From Phycisphaeraceae bacterium (GTDB taxonomy: Bacteria > Planctomycetota > Phycisphaerae > Phycisphaerales > Phycisphaeraceae), in NCBI GenBank assembly GCA_963674705.1, contig OY771506.1, positions 4,800,001-4,864,000 on the forward strand: 64,000 bases of DNA. Reading direction: 5' to 3'. A program made the position numbers and the translations under genes. Numbering within the stretch: the first letter of the stretch is position 1; every line of letters begins with the position of its first letter. Shown here piece after piece: positions 41,591-51,782 of this stretch. The notes under the pieces were generated by a model. It saw nothing but the letters and a program-made list of their open reading frames with translations, was not told where the DNA came from and did no database searches.

Positions 41591-43021
41591 ATGGATATGA
41601 TTCAGAATGTTCAAACGACTCGCTGGGGCGCCGTCTTGGGTGTGGGCGTGCTTGCGTGTACCGCCTCACTAAGCAGCGCGGCCAATCTAGCGGTGTTCGA
41701 CGTGGACCTGTTCGATGCGTCGGGTTACACCTATACAGACTTCTCCCCGGCGGGGGTGGTCGATACGTCTAGCGGTTACATCAGCATCGATCTGCAGACC
41801 GACAGCGACGGCAACAACGGCCTGTTCGGTGGACTCGGGGCTGATGTCACCGCGTGGCCTGTCGACTTCGATCCCTCCAGCGCTCAGCTTGAAGTGACTC
41901 TCCGTGTTGATGCGACGAACGTCGCCTCCGAGTTCCGTGTCGTCCTGACCGACCTCGACGGGACCCTGAACGCCGAAGACTATCAGTTCAACTTCAATAT
42001 CGCCTCGGTCACACCCGGCTCGTTCGTGACACTTACTCAGAACCTGACCTCGCCCGGCCCGGTCTACAGCCAGACCACGTTCGGCTACGGGCCCGGTGAC
42101 GGCATCCAGAATTACGGTCTGAAAACCGTGCAGGTCCAGAGTGTCTTCGCGGGGACTGATCCGCTGGTCATCGACATCGACACCATCAAGATCGTTGATC
42201 CCGACGACCCGACCATCGCCCGGCTGGATGCCGCGACGTACGACGGAGCGTTTTCGAGTTTTACATTCGGTTCAATGAGTTCTGCGGGCGCAGTGGTTAC
42301 CACCAGTGGTAACATCGTAGTGGATGCCGAGTTGCAAGCCGGCGGCGACTTCCCCGGTACGTCGTTCGGTGGATTAGGTGTCGAATATGCAAACGTTGAC
42401 TTCGAAGCGACCGAAGCCGAACTGGTCGTCAACGCCAAGCTCCTGGCGAACAACGACGCCTCAACGTTCAACGTTCTACTCAGCGATGAAGACCCCGACG
42501 GCGCCGGGGATGATTTTATCTTCAGCTTCGATACCACCGACTTCAATACGACCGACTTCACCGAGGTCGTGATCCCACTGGGCAGCGGCTCGGAGTCGGG
42601 CGTCACGACGACGTACGGGCTCAACCCCGGCGATATGCTCCAGAACTTCGGCCTGATCAAGATACAGCTGCAGACCGAGGGGGCATCAGCGACCTCACGG
42701 CTGAACATCGAGATCGAAAGCATCGAGATCCGTGAGTTGACGGTAGCGAACTTGCCCGGCGACTTGAATGGTGATGGATTCGTCGGCTTGGACGACCTGG
42801 ATATCATCCTCACCAATTGGAACCTGAACGTGCCGCCGGCTGACGCCGCCGCCGATCCAACCGGCGACGGGTTCGTGGGGCTGGCTGATCTGGACATCGT
42901 GCTGAATAATTGGAACACCGGCACCCCACCCAGCGGCAGCGCTATCCCGGAACCGGCATCGTTTGCCTTACTAAGCCTCGGTGGCTTGGTGGTGCTGTGG
43001 CGCAGAGGATCATTCTCCTGA
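41591..43021 (+). CDS. PEP-CTERM protein with two tandem CBM-like domains and dockerin-like module
   Basis: FGGLG..DF...GD..QN[YF]GL repeated twice; GDLNGDGFVGLDDLD; IPEP tail. Confidence 0.85.
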   Translation: MDMIQNVQTTRWGAVLGVGVLACTASLSSAANLAVFDVDLFDASGYTYTDFSPAGVVDTSSGYISIDLQTDSDGNNGLFGGLGADVTAWPVDFDPSSAQLEVTLRVDATNVASEFRVVLTDLDGTLNAEDYQFNFNIASVTPGSFVTLTQNLTSPGPVYSQTTFGYGPGDGIQNYGLKTVQVQSVFAGTDPLVIDIDTIKIVDPDDPTIARLDAATYDGAFSSFTFGSMSSAGAVVTTSGNIVVDAELQAGGDFPGTSFGGLGVEYANVDFEATEAELVVNAKLLANNDASTFNVLLSDEDPDGAGDDFIFSFDTTDFNTTDFTEVVIPLGSGSESGVTTTYGLNPGDMLQNFGLIKIQLQTEGASATSRLNIEIESIEIRELTVANLPGDLNGDGFVGLDDLDIILTNWNLNVPPADAAADPTGDGFVGLADLDIVLNNWNTGTPPSGSAIPEPASFALLSLGGLVVLWRRGSFS

Positions 43022-43068
43022 TGCATAAGACACCTATGCTGATGGCACGTAAGAGATGTGCGAATCAT

Positions 43069-43102
43069 GCAGGCTGGCGAGGAGATATCTTCGCCAGCCT
43101 GC
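43069..43102 (+). terminator. Strong stem-loop downstream of the PEP-CTERM operon
   Basis: GCAGGCTGGCGA / TCGCCAGCCTGC 12-bp perfect stem; weak U-tract. Confidence 0.55.
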
Positions 43103-43189
43103 TGTATATGGTCATAGCGACGCTCTGCGTCGACGTCGTAAGAGTTCAAAACTCAGCCGACAGACAGAGCCACCTTTCAGCCGGTTTCT

Positions 43190-43528
43190 TCAGTCGTAAT
43201 CGATTGGCTTCTTGCCCAGATCAAGGACGAGGTCGCAGACTTCAACCTCAAACCACTCGAGGAAGTTCTTCAACGTCCGCCGCGGCGGCCAGACCTCCGG
43301 GTCGCGCATCCAGCTGTTGAGTTCTTCTTCGAAGATGGCCGGCCAAAGGCGACGCACGACTTTCTTGATGTCATGCGTATCCGCCACTTCATCGATCAGG
43401 ATGATCTTCGCTGGATGATGATCCGGGTCGTACTTCGGGCCGCCGTCATCAAAGGCATTCGCCCAATCGATGTAAGGCTGCTTCGGCCTGACCACCAATG
43501 CCGTGCGATTCAAGAACTCCATGGTCAC
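43190..43528 (-). CDS. Conserved-looking hypothetical passenger protein
   Basis: [16 protein letters not shown]...IFEEELNSW...WP..RT...FLEWFEVE; start overlaps the transposase stop. Confidence 0.75.
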   Translation of the reverse strand: MTMEFLNRTALVVRPKQPYIDWANAFDDGGPKYDPDHHPAKIILIDEVADTHDIKKVVRRLWPAIFEEELNSWMRDPEVWPPRRTLKNFLEWFEVEVCDLVLDLGKKPIDYD

Positions 43529-44601
43529 GCCGCTGTGCTCCTGTGGTGATAGTACTTCAACATGCCGCCCAAGCGTTCATGACATTCGATCGGGCCGGAT
43601 GATGGGTTGACCTGATCGGAATCGAGCAGCTGATTGCCCATCCCCTGGTGATTGCGTTCGCGGTGATAGTGGGCGACGTATTCATCAACAGCATGGCGTA
43701 GATGGGCTTCGCCAATTGGGATCATCTGATCCAGGCACTCTTCCTTGATGGAGCGTATGAAGCGCTCGCAATAAGCGTTCAGATTGGGGCTCCTTGGCGG
43801 GAGCCGGACAGGGTTCACACCCGACCCCTCTAATGTCTCGCGAAACTCGTGGGTGAAGACCGGGTCCCGATCATGGATCAGAAATCGCTTATGCCGGAGG
43901 AATCCGTCGATCCCATCCGTGAGGTTGCGTGCGACTTGTATCATCCATGGGCCGTCGGGTTGCGGGCAGATACCTGCCACCTCAACGTGCCGTGTGGCCA
44001 GGTCCATCACGATCAGCACGTGATAACGAACCAGGCCACCGAGTGTCCAAACTTCCACCGTGAAGAAGTCGGCTGCCGCGAGGTGTTCCCAGTGCGCCTT
44101 GAGGAAAGTCTCCCAGCTTCCGCGTTTGCTTCGCTTGGGCGCCGGCTCAATACCCTGCGCCTTGAGAATCCGACCGATCGTAGTGTCACTGACCCGATGG
44201 CCCAGGTTTGATAGTGCGCCTTCGATGCGGTCGTAGCCCCAGTCCTTGTTCTCCGTCGCCATGCGCACCACCAAGGCCCGGATCTCTTTCATCACGCCCG
44301 GGCGCCCGGGTCCGCGGTTCTTGCTGCCATCGTACTTCCTGGCGATCAACCGTCGGTGCCAACGCAGCAGCGTATCTGGCGTAACGAGCGTGCCCAGTTC
44401 TCGCAATACTTTGCGCCCCAACCTCTTAGCTTTGGCTGCAAGCCTCCGCCGCTGGTCATCGGTGAAGCGCAGACGCTTCTCACCAAGCTGCTCACGCAGT
44501 ACCCGGTTCTCTTCTTTAAGGTAGTCAATCACAGACTGCTGGTGCCGATTGACCCAGCCCGACAACGCAACCAACACGAACAGCCACGGGCAGTAACTCA
44601 T
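43525..44601 (-). CDS. Integrase-core (rve) DDE transposase
   Basis: [58 protein letters not shown]. Confidence 0.92.
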   Translation of the reverse strand: MSYCPWLFVLVALSGWVNRHQQSVIDYLKEENRVLREQLGEKRLRFTDDQRRRLAAKAKRLGRKVLRELGTLVTPDTLLRWHRRLIARKYDGSKNRGPGRPGVMKEIRALVVRMATENKDWGYDRIEGALSNLGHRVSDTTIGRILKAQGIEPAPKRSKRGSWETFLKAHWEHLAAADFFTVEVWTLGGLVRYHVLIVMDLATRHVEVAGICPQPDGPWMIQVARNLTDGIDGFLRHKRFLIHDRDPVFTHEFRETLEGSGVNPVRLPPRSPNLNAYCERFIRSIKEECLDQMIPIGEAHLRHAVDEYVAHYHRERNHQGMGNQLLDSDQVNPSSGPIECHERLGGMLKYYHHRSTAA

Positions 44602-45352
44602 CCCGGCTATTCTCCCCAACCGAAGCTTTGCAGGTTCGTCCCGAAAACAACGATAGATGCATCCGTTAATCTATTGATGCCAATGCACTTCTACGTCGGC
44701 TGTGTTTTGAACCCTTACGAGGTCATGATTTTAGCCATGCGATGATCGGCCGGATCCACAGGGCGTACGGGGTTCGAACCCATACTGAAGGAAAAATAAT
44801 GCGTAATCTGAGATACCTTTCTCAAGGCAAACTGGTATCCGGTTGCGGCAGTCATCTTCCCGATAAGTACTTGGATCGCTCGCTAGTCTGGCTCATTATC
44901 ACGTTATCATTGTGATATATCTGGCCAGACAATAGTTAAAGTTGCGCCAGTACGGATATACATGAAACCATAGCTTTGTAGTATGTACTCTGTCTCATCC
45001 GAGCAACCCTCACTGAGAGTAGCCGCATGACGCACGATGATTGATATAGCAGCGCAATCCTACAAAACGCTCGGTGCCGCCTACCACCCGCAACAACTGC
45101 CGAGTGACATGATGCGTATTGAAATCTTTTTCACAGCAAATACTACTGGTTGATGTTCTCACACCCCACACCAAGGGTGAGGACACAGATTAATGAACTA
45201 TTCGTATCAATAACCCATTGAACAGGTTACTTCGTCTTTGGCACATGATGGCAGATATTACAAACAGTAGAAAACGGTCAATCTGACCGCCCAACTTCTT
45301 CTTTCAATTTGATGTTGATTTTGTAATTACTGATCAAACAGAGACATGCAAA

Positions 45353-45395
45353 TGGGCCCGGCAGGGCTTGAACCTGCGACCTCACCCTTATCAGG
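45353..45395 (-). repeat. tRNA-Ile(GAU) 3' fragment, att-like site, copy 3
   Basis: 45346-45408 is identical to 5813-5875 (63 bp). Confidence 0.9.
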
Positions 45396-45450
45396 CAAAC
45401 ACCCGCAATACAGGTAAGCCACTTTACAGCAGCATCTTAACACCAAATCA

Positions 45451-45516
45451 CACTTTCGCAATCCTTCGCATTCTTTCGCATTCTTTCGCATTTTGTCGCA
45501 TTCCATCGCGGTAACC
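45451..45516 (+). repeat. Six 10-bp TCGC units ending in GTAACC
   Basis: cactttcgca-atccttcgca-ttctttcgca-ttctttcgca-ttttgtcgca-ttccatcgcg-gtaacc. Confidence 0.9.
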
Positions 45517-45528
45517 GCTAAGCGCAAG

Positions 45529-46689
45529 CTATCGCGTGTCTTTGGTCAAGATCTGTAGGTACTTGTGATAAGCGTAGACACGATCTCGTTGCTTACCCGT
45601 GGTTTCACGAAGCACACCCGCGTCCTCAAGGGTCTTGATGGCCTTGATGGCGGTAGGCTTGGTGGTATTCAGAAGCTGGATAACACGTGGAAGTATCACA
45701 ACAGGATGCTCGGGCAGTTGATCGAACAGGCGGATGGCCGAAACCATCGCAGACTCGTAGCGGACCACAGCGGAACGATCCTTGTTGATCCGCGAGAACA
45801 GCGTCTGGGCGACAACCACTCCGTCGTTGGCAGCCTCACATACATATTGGAGGAAAAAGCTGATCCAGCCTTCCCAGTCACCATCGCTGCGAACCATCGC
45901 AAGCTTTTCGTAATATAGTCGTCGATGGCGTTTGAACGCCAAGCTCAGGTATAGAAGCGGCGCATCAAGCAGGCTCCAGTGCTCTACCAATAACGTGATC
46001 AGCAGACGACCGATCCGGCCGTTGCACTTGAGGAATGGGTGGATCGTCTCAAACTGGACATGCGCTAAGCCCGTCTTGATCAATGGGGGCAATGGATCAT
46101 CACCATGCAGCCAGTTGTCGAGCGCCGACATAGCTTCCAGCACTACATGGGGGGTGGCGGAACAAATATAGTGTTGCCCGGTTGGGTACCGCCGATCCAG
46201 TTCTGTGAGTATCGGATCTCACAAAGCTGCTTATCCTGGCCACGCACGCCTTTCATGAGGCGCTTGTGGACCTGACAGAGCAGCCGTGTACTCAGCGGCA
46301 AAGCCTTAAGTCGGTTGATCTCACGCCTGGGCAAAGGTCAAAGCATCGACGTAGTTACAGACCTCCTGCACGTCGTCGGGGCGATCCGCCTGATCTGTGG
46401 CCTCGTAATTGAGAACGTCCCGCAACGTCACTTGCGTACCTTCGAGCTGTGACGAAACAACTGCCTCCTTGCGTACGAAGCCGTAGAGGAACCAGTCGGC
46501 GCTGGGCACCATCGCACCTGCAACAGATAATCGGGCCAGGGATGCCATCGCCTGTGCCAACAGTTCACGCATCGTGTCGTCGACCACCAGAACGGGATCG
46601 GCCGGAGGAAGCGGATGCGGGATAAAAGCTCTGACCTGCTCTTCGCCGACCTTGGAGGTGTGGTAGATACCGGTTTCCCTGGATTTCAT
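45529..46689 (-). pseudogene. Fic-family protein, split by two frameshifts and with a degenerate active-site motif
   Basis: Three consecutive pieces (EAVVSSQLEGT; SQNWIGG..FVPPPP; HVQFETIHPFLKCNGRIGR); canonical DG replaced by KC. Confidence 0.88.
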
Positions 46690-47299
46690 TGGCCAAACCT
46701 CCTTTACTTAGCGGGTTCGCTAATAAAGATGTCTTATCTAGTGACAGGGGCTAGTCAAGCCCACTTTACTTGTCGCCGCGAGCGAGTTTTGCGGGCTGTA
46801 AGCCAACCAAATGATTGCCATTGCCGATATCGATCTACGCAACTATAGATCCGGGTCCGATCCATCATGTGGATTTGCCCTCTTGGAACTTCACATGAGA
46901 CTTTCAGCCCCCAGCCGCCCTCCGAATCATTGACCATATAGCTGTAACTCTAGGGCAAACCTTAATGATGACACGGTCCAGGATTGCGTCGCTTCCATCA
47001 CCTGTCCTGCAATAAGTTGCCGAGATGAACCACGCGCATAGCAAGGGTTTTGAGCACAACTTATGTAGTGAAACACATCACCGAACCAATAATCTGTTGG
47101 TCGCATGATGTAATCTTGGTCTCTTTTGTCAACTCAGAGCCTTGACGACACGTGTCGTCTGCGGATTACGCCTGTGGCTGCCAAAAGGATGCGACGGAGG
47201 ACATACAACATAAGTGCTATATTTATAATAGTCTTTTTTACAATTCATTACACCTATTCCATTGGTATAATCACCGCCTGCTTGAATCGTGCTACATAG

Positions 47300-47318
47300 T
47301 GATATATACTATATATCA
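47300..47318. promoter_or_regulatory. Palindrome TGATATATA-C-TATATATCA, candidate GntR operator
   Basis: Perfect 9-bp arms 24 bp upstream of GTG 47342; related to 60639-60660. Confidence 0.6.
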
Positions 47319-47341
47319 TAAAGTAATTCAAGGATCGTCGT

Positions 47342-48934
47342 GTGATTCGAGACCCTGTTCTCATTAGGCCCAAATACTTCCACCCCGGTCTCGTTCAAGC
47401 GTATGACGTGGAACTCACCCGTGACATATGCGTGTATGGGGGGACGGCTGCGGGTGTCGTGGCTGCTGTTACTGCTGTTTCACGGGGGATGTCAGTTGTC
47501 CTGCTTCATCCCGGCCAAGCGATAGGTGGTATGACCACCAACGGTCTTGGCTACACAGACATGGGCAACGCACACGCCATCGGAGGTAGAGCACGCCAGT
47601 TCTTTCGTGATGCTGGGCGGCACTATGGTGTACCTGAATCCTGGACCAACGAACCACACATCGCCCAGCAGGTTCTTGATGACTGGATTGAGCAGCACAA
47701 CATCCAAGTGATTCACCACTGCTACATAAATTCTGTAGAAGTGGACAAAGACCGAATCATGCGTCTGCATGTGCTTGGTGGCTTGGCCGTCAAGGCCAGT
47801 ATTTTCATCGACACAAGTTATGAGGGTGACCTACTCGCCCGGGCCGGTGTTAGTTATACGATTGGCAGGGAAGATAACGCGGCTTATGGTGAAACACATA
47901 ACGGTGTACAGGTACATACCACGCACCAGTTTGATTGCAGAGTGGATCCCTACCGTACTCAAGGTGTTCCAAGCAGTGGTTTACTTCCGTTCGTAGAGCC
48001 TGGTGCACCAGACACCATAGGACAAGGAGATCGGCGTATCCAGGCGTACTGTTTCCGGATTTGTATGACGCAAGTTACGGATAAGCAGCTACCATTCCCA
48101 AAACCAGATAAGTATATATCGGAGTGGTACGAACTTGCTGCACGCTGGTTGAGAAGTACTCATACTAATGTGTTCGAAAAGTTTGACCACATCCAAAACA
48201 ATAAGACCGATACAAACAACCATGGTGCCGTCTCGACGGACTTCATCGGTGCCAGTTATGACTGGCCAGAGGCGAGTTACGAACAACGCGAGGCAATCTT
48301 CCAGTCGCACGTACGCTATCAGCAGGGTTTACACTGGTTCATGGCGAACGACGCAAGTGTGCCGGTAAAGATCCGCGAAAGGTATGCCTCATGGGGATTG
48401 GCATTGGATGAGTTCGAGGATTCAGGCCATTGGCCATCTCAACTCTATATCCGGGAAGCCCGACGGATGGTGAGTGATGTTGTCGTAACAGAATTGCACT
48501 GCAGAAGTTTTGATATGAGCGAAGAGCCGGTCGGAATGGGTGCGTATCAAATGGATTCGCACAACTGCCGGCGTTGCATACGTGACGGTGCTGTCATCAA
48601 CGAAGGCGACGTACAGGTTCCATTGCAACGGCCATATGGAATTCCATACAAATCGATCATGCCGCGCCGTGGTGAGTGCAAGAATCTATATGTGCCGGTT
48701 TGTCTTTCGGCATCGCATATCGCATTCGGATCGATACGTATGGAGCCTGTTTTTATGGTTCTGGCAGAGTCTGCCGCAATTGCCGGGTGCCTAGCGATCA
48801 AGGAATCGTGTGCCGTGCAGGACCTGCCATACGAGAGCCTACAGCACGAATTGGTCCTCGCCGACCAGGTATTGGAATGTGACATTGTTAACGAGGGTGA
48901 TGGCAACCCACACACGTTGGTTTCGATAGATTAG
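47342..48934 (+). CDS. FAD-dependent oxidoreductase (FAD_oxidored-type)
   Basis: VYGGTAAG, GGMTTNGLG, FIDTSYEGDL, LYIREARRM, SASHIAFGSIRMEP. Confidence 0.88.
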   Translation: MIRDPVLIRPKYFHPGLVQAYDVELTRDICVYGGTAAGVVAAVTAVSRGMSVVLLHPGQAIGGMTTNGLGYTDMGNAHAIGGRARQFFRDAGRHYGVPESWTNEPHIAQQVLDDWIEQHNIQVIHHCYINSVEVDKDRIMRLHVLGGLAVKASIFIDTSYEGDLLARAGVSYTIGREDNAAYGETHNGVQVHTTHQFDCRVDPYRTQGVPSSGLLPFVEPGAPDTIGQGDRRIQAYCFRICMTQVTDKQLPFPKPDKYISEWYELAARWLRSTHTNVFEKFDHIQNNKTDTNNHGAVSTDFIGASYDWPEASYEQREAIFQSHVRYQQGLHWFMANDASVPVKIRERYASWGLALDEFEDSGHWPSQLYIREARRMVSDVVVTELHCRSFDMSEEPVGMGAYQMDSHNCRRCIRDGAVINEGDVQVPLQRPYGIPYKSIMPRRGECKNLYVPVCLSASHIAFGSIRMEPVFMVLAESAAIAGCLAIKESCAVQDLPYESLQHELVLADQVLECDIVNEGDGNPHTLVSID

Positions 48935-48953
48935 ATTCAGGAGTACAACTGCG

Positions 48954-50894
48954 ATGAGTTTGTTGGATGAATGCCTTTCCGTCGCCGATTCACTACATGA
49001 CGAATTAGCTCGGGGTTGGAATACGTGGGACACCCGTAGCGTGCTCTCACATGTCTTGCTGCCAGAAGGGCTGTGCGTCCGGCTGGGTTTTGCTGCGCCC
49101 GACCGTCTGAGTTGGTTAAGCGGTGACGTATTCCCTTGCCGACGATATGCGGGTCGTACGCCGGGGACGTTATTGACCAGTATGGATAAACAACTGCCGG
49201 CAGGTGACAGCATCAGCGTGTTGCCTGGCCTTCACGCGTACGACGGCAGCTATACCCAACTAGAAGTCAATCTGCGCGGGGCACGCTTTGAAGTGCAAAC
49301 CACCACACGTGGTGATGATTGGTGTGCACTGGTGCGACCACTGCAGGATGAGCCCTGGACGAGAGTTCTAACGATTGAAGCCGAAGTGTTGTGGAACCGG
49401 CCGGGTAGGATCGATCCGAAGGACGACCGGCAGTTGATGGCAAGCCTGGAAGACCGTGATGTACCAATCTATGTGACCGGTCCACCCCATGTGGATCCGA
49501 ATCTACCGGCACGCAGCCCATATATGGCTGTACGATTGGACCAACCGATCGTTATCAGTGCAAACAAGCGTGTTGAAGTGCAAGATGCCGAGGTGATGAT
49601 TTCCGAGGCTCGTAAACAACACTTGAGCACTTTTGATGTATCAGGTGAATTACACACCGCACATGAGGCGATGCAATCCTGTCTGGCGTGGAATGTCATA
49701 TACGAACCCCGATTCGATCGCGTGATCTGCACAGTAGCGCGCGATTGGAACTGTATACGGGGTGGCTATGCGGTGTTCTGCTGGGACGGCTTTCTCATGT
49801 CGTGGATGATCGGACGGGACGCTCCGAAGCTGGCATACGCGAATCTGCTTGAGATGTTTCGTGAGATGGTGAACGACTCATTTGTACCCAATATCGTTCA
49901 GGGAACTGGCCGGTCATCACGGGACCGATCGCAACCACCTGTTGGTGGGCTATGCCTATTAGCGCTGTACAGGGATCATCCAAACGAACGGGCTCTGCGC
50001 GCTGCCTGGGGACCAATGCTGGCTTGGAACCGATGGTGGCATGATAAACGTCGGAACAAACGAGGAACCTTGTCACCTGGCTCAGAGCCTTTTAAACCGC
50101 TTATCGGTGATCCAGCGGAGTTCGTTCAACCCGCGTCGGCGGCGGGAGCGGCGCTCGAATCCGGCCTTGATAATTCACCCGTCTATGACGGTGCGACATT
50201 CGACCCGATCACAAACCATATGCCGATCGAAGACGTGGGGCTAACATCACTTTATGTGGTGGATTGTGAGTCGCTGTCTCAGATAGCCATGACGATTGGG
50301 CACGACAAGGAAGCGGCCGAATTGCAGGCACGCGCCGAATCATATCGAGAGTCACTGCGCGGTCTATGGTACGACGAACAAGGCATCTTTATGAACCGCA
50401 GCTTAGACCGTCAGAATTGGCCTGATGCTACAACCTTAACGAGTTTCTATCCGCTGCTAGCGGGTGCGGCGACCGAAGAGCAGATTGATCGAATTGTTCA
50501 GGAACAGATGCTGAATCCGGATAGGTTTCATAGCCAGTGGATGGTGCCTGCGTCGCCGCGAAGTGAAAAATCCTTTACCGAACAGTTGTACCTACGTGGT
50601 CGGATCTGGCCCCCCTTCAATTTCCTTGTATATCTGGCCTTCAAACGATGCGGGCGTGATAAAGTCTGCAATTTGATTGCAGACAAGTCACTGGAAATGC
50701 TGATCGACAACTGGCGTAAGGAGAACGTTGTGGCCGAGAACTACTCGGCCTTAGACGGCAAAGGTGGACGAGAAGATCACTCGCATCCGTTGCACGGCTG
50801 GGGTGGCCTACTGGCGATGACGGGATTGATCGATAAAGGATACGCCCAGATGCCGTTGGAATCCCTGGACCTGCGTAAGCATGTTATGGGCTAA
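48954..50894 (+). CDS. (alpha/alpha)6 glycoside hydrolase, GH63/MGH1-like
   Basis: FCWDGF, DRSQPPVG, ESGLDNSP, FYPLLAG, RGRIWPPFNFLVY, ENYS. Confidence 0.82.
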   Translation: MSLLDECLSVADSLHDELARGWNTWDTRSVLSHVLLPEGLCVRLGFAAPDRLSWLSGDVFPCRRYAGRTPGTLLTSMDKQLPAGDSISVLPGLHAYDGSYTQLEVNLRGARFEVQTTTRGDDWCALVRPLQDEPWTRVLTIEAEVLWNRPGRIDPKDDRQLMASLEDRDVPIYVTGPPHVDPNLPARSPYMAVRLDQPIVISANKRVEVQDAEVMISEARKQHLSTFDVSGELHTAHEAMQSCLAWNVIYEPRFDRVICTVARDWNCIRGGYAVFCWDGFLMSWMIGRDAPKLAYANLLEMFREMVNDSFVPNIVQGTGRSSRDRSQPPVGGLCLLALYRDHPNERALRAAWGPMLAWNRWWHDKRRNKRGTLSPGSEPFKPLIGDPAEFVQPASAAGAALESGLDNSPVYDGATFDPITNHMPIEDVGLTSLYVVDCESLSQIAMTIGHDKEAAELQARAESYRESLRGLWYDEQGIFMNRSLDRQNWPDATTLTSFYPLLAGAATEEQIDRIVQEQMLNPDRFHSQWMVPASPRSEKSFTEQLYLRGRIWPPFNFLVYLAFKRCGRDKVCNLIADKSLEMLIDNWRKENVVAENYSALDGKGGREDHSHPLHGWGGLLAMTGLIDKGYAQMPLESLDLRKHVMG

Positions 50895-50919
50895 GCTGGC
50901 GGTTTTGATTCTGCACTTA

Positions 50920-51750
50920 TCAGCCATCATACTCGGGATGTCTAATCTTGTCTTCAAAATCAATCATAATGCGGCCGTTATCATAGATATCCAGTTTTTC
51001 CCGCTGTTGATCATCAAAGTGTTTCAGCGCGTGCTTTCGACCGCCACGAATATGCTTGCGCATCAACTTACCTGCTGCACTAACGTCACCGCTCTCGATG
51101 GCCTGTAGTATTTCGGTATGCTCGTCGATCACAACATCGATGCCCTGCAAACGCACGGCAGGTTGGCATTGATTGAAGACACGCGAGATTAGTCTTAAAC
51201 CCGTGATGGTTCGCATCGCCAGCAGGTTACCTGCACGCCTCAGTACAGCCATGTGGAATGTGGAGTCTGCTTCTGCGGTTTGTACGCCGAGTTTAGTACG
51301 GTCTTCTTCAGATGTGGTCTTATCGCCCTGCGCCTTAATCTGGCGAATCAATTCAATCGACTGCTTCATTTCGGCAAGCCCACGGTCACTGGATACCTGT
51401 GCGGCTCGTCGTGCAGCATAAGATTCAAGGACCTCTCGCAGCTCATATATATCGTCGATCTCAATCCGTGTAGGATTTACAACATACGTGCCGATACCCG
51501 GGCGGTGATCGAGCAGGCCCTCACCTACCATCTGGGTGATGGCTTCTCGCACCGGGATGGCACTCATCTTTAACTGCTTGGCAACCTTACGGTTAGAGAC
51601 ACGGGACCCGCGACCAAGTTCGCCAGTCTCAATCATTCGGCGAATGCTTGAATAAGCTCGTTCCTTTAACGTGTATGTGGATTCGCTCTGTGACAAGCTG
51701 CATATTCCTGTGGGTTGAAAGTTATCAACAACCACAGCATTATACAGCAT
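50920..51750 (-). CDS. GntR-family regulator (FCD domain)
   Basis: SAIPVREAITQMVGEGL..RPGIGTYV; ELREVLE; FH..V...AGN; EH..IL.AI; start uncertain. Confidence 0.92.
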   Translation of the reverse strand: MLYNAVVVDNFQPTGICSLSQSESTYTLKERAYSSIRRMIETGELGRGSRVSNRKVAKQLKMSAIPVREAITQMVGEGLLDHRPGIGTYVVNPTRIEIDDIYELREVLESYAARRAAQVSSDRGLAEMKQSIELIRQIKAQGDKTTSEEDRTKLGVQTAEADSTFHMAVLRRAGNLLAMRTITGLRLISRVFNQCQPAVRLQGIDVVIDEHTEILQAIESGDVSAAGKLMRKHIRGGRKHALKHFDDQQREKLDIYDNGRIMIDFEDKIRHPEYDG

Positions 51751-51782
51751 ATTGCGAGGTATAAGCGTTTACCGGTGAATAC

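Larger units (their letters stand above)
43136..44720 (-). mobile_element. Insertion sequence with rve/DDE transposase (IS3/IS481-superfamily-like) and a passenger gene
   Basis: 26-bp terminal IR TCGTAAGAGTTCAAAACTCAGCCGAC with 2 mismatches enclosing two ORFs. Confidence 0.82.

Noticed and set aside
42112..43149. Long antisense ORFs (e.g. 345 aa here, also 18576-19250, 23467-24204, 36183-36887)
   Set aside because: Shadows of well-supported genes on the opposite strand, with no recognisable motifs
43525..44601. The rve 'integrase' as the cassette recombinase
   Set aside because: It is a DDE transposase bounded by its own IRs, not a tyrosine or serine site-specific recombinase
44760..44785. 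GGGCGTACGGGGTTCGAACCCAT as another tRNA T-arm fragment or IS end
   Set aside because: It resembles both but is too short, and it lacks the linker and repeats of the other junctions
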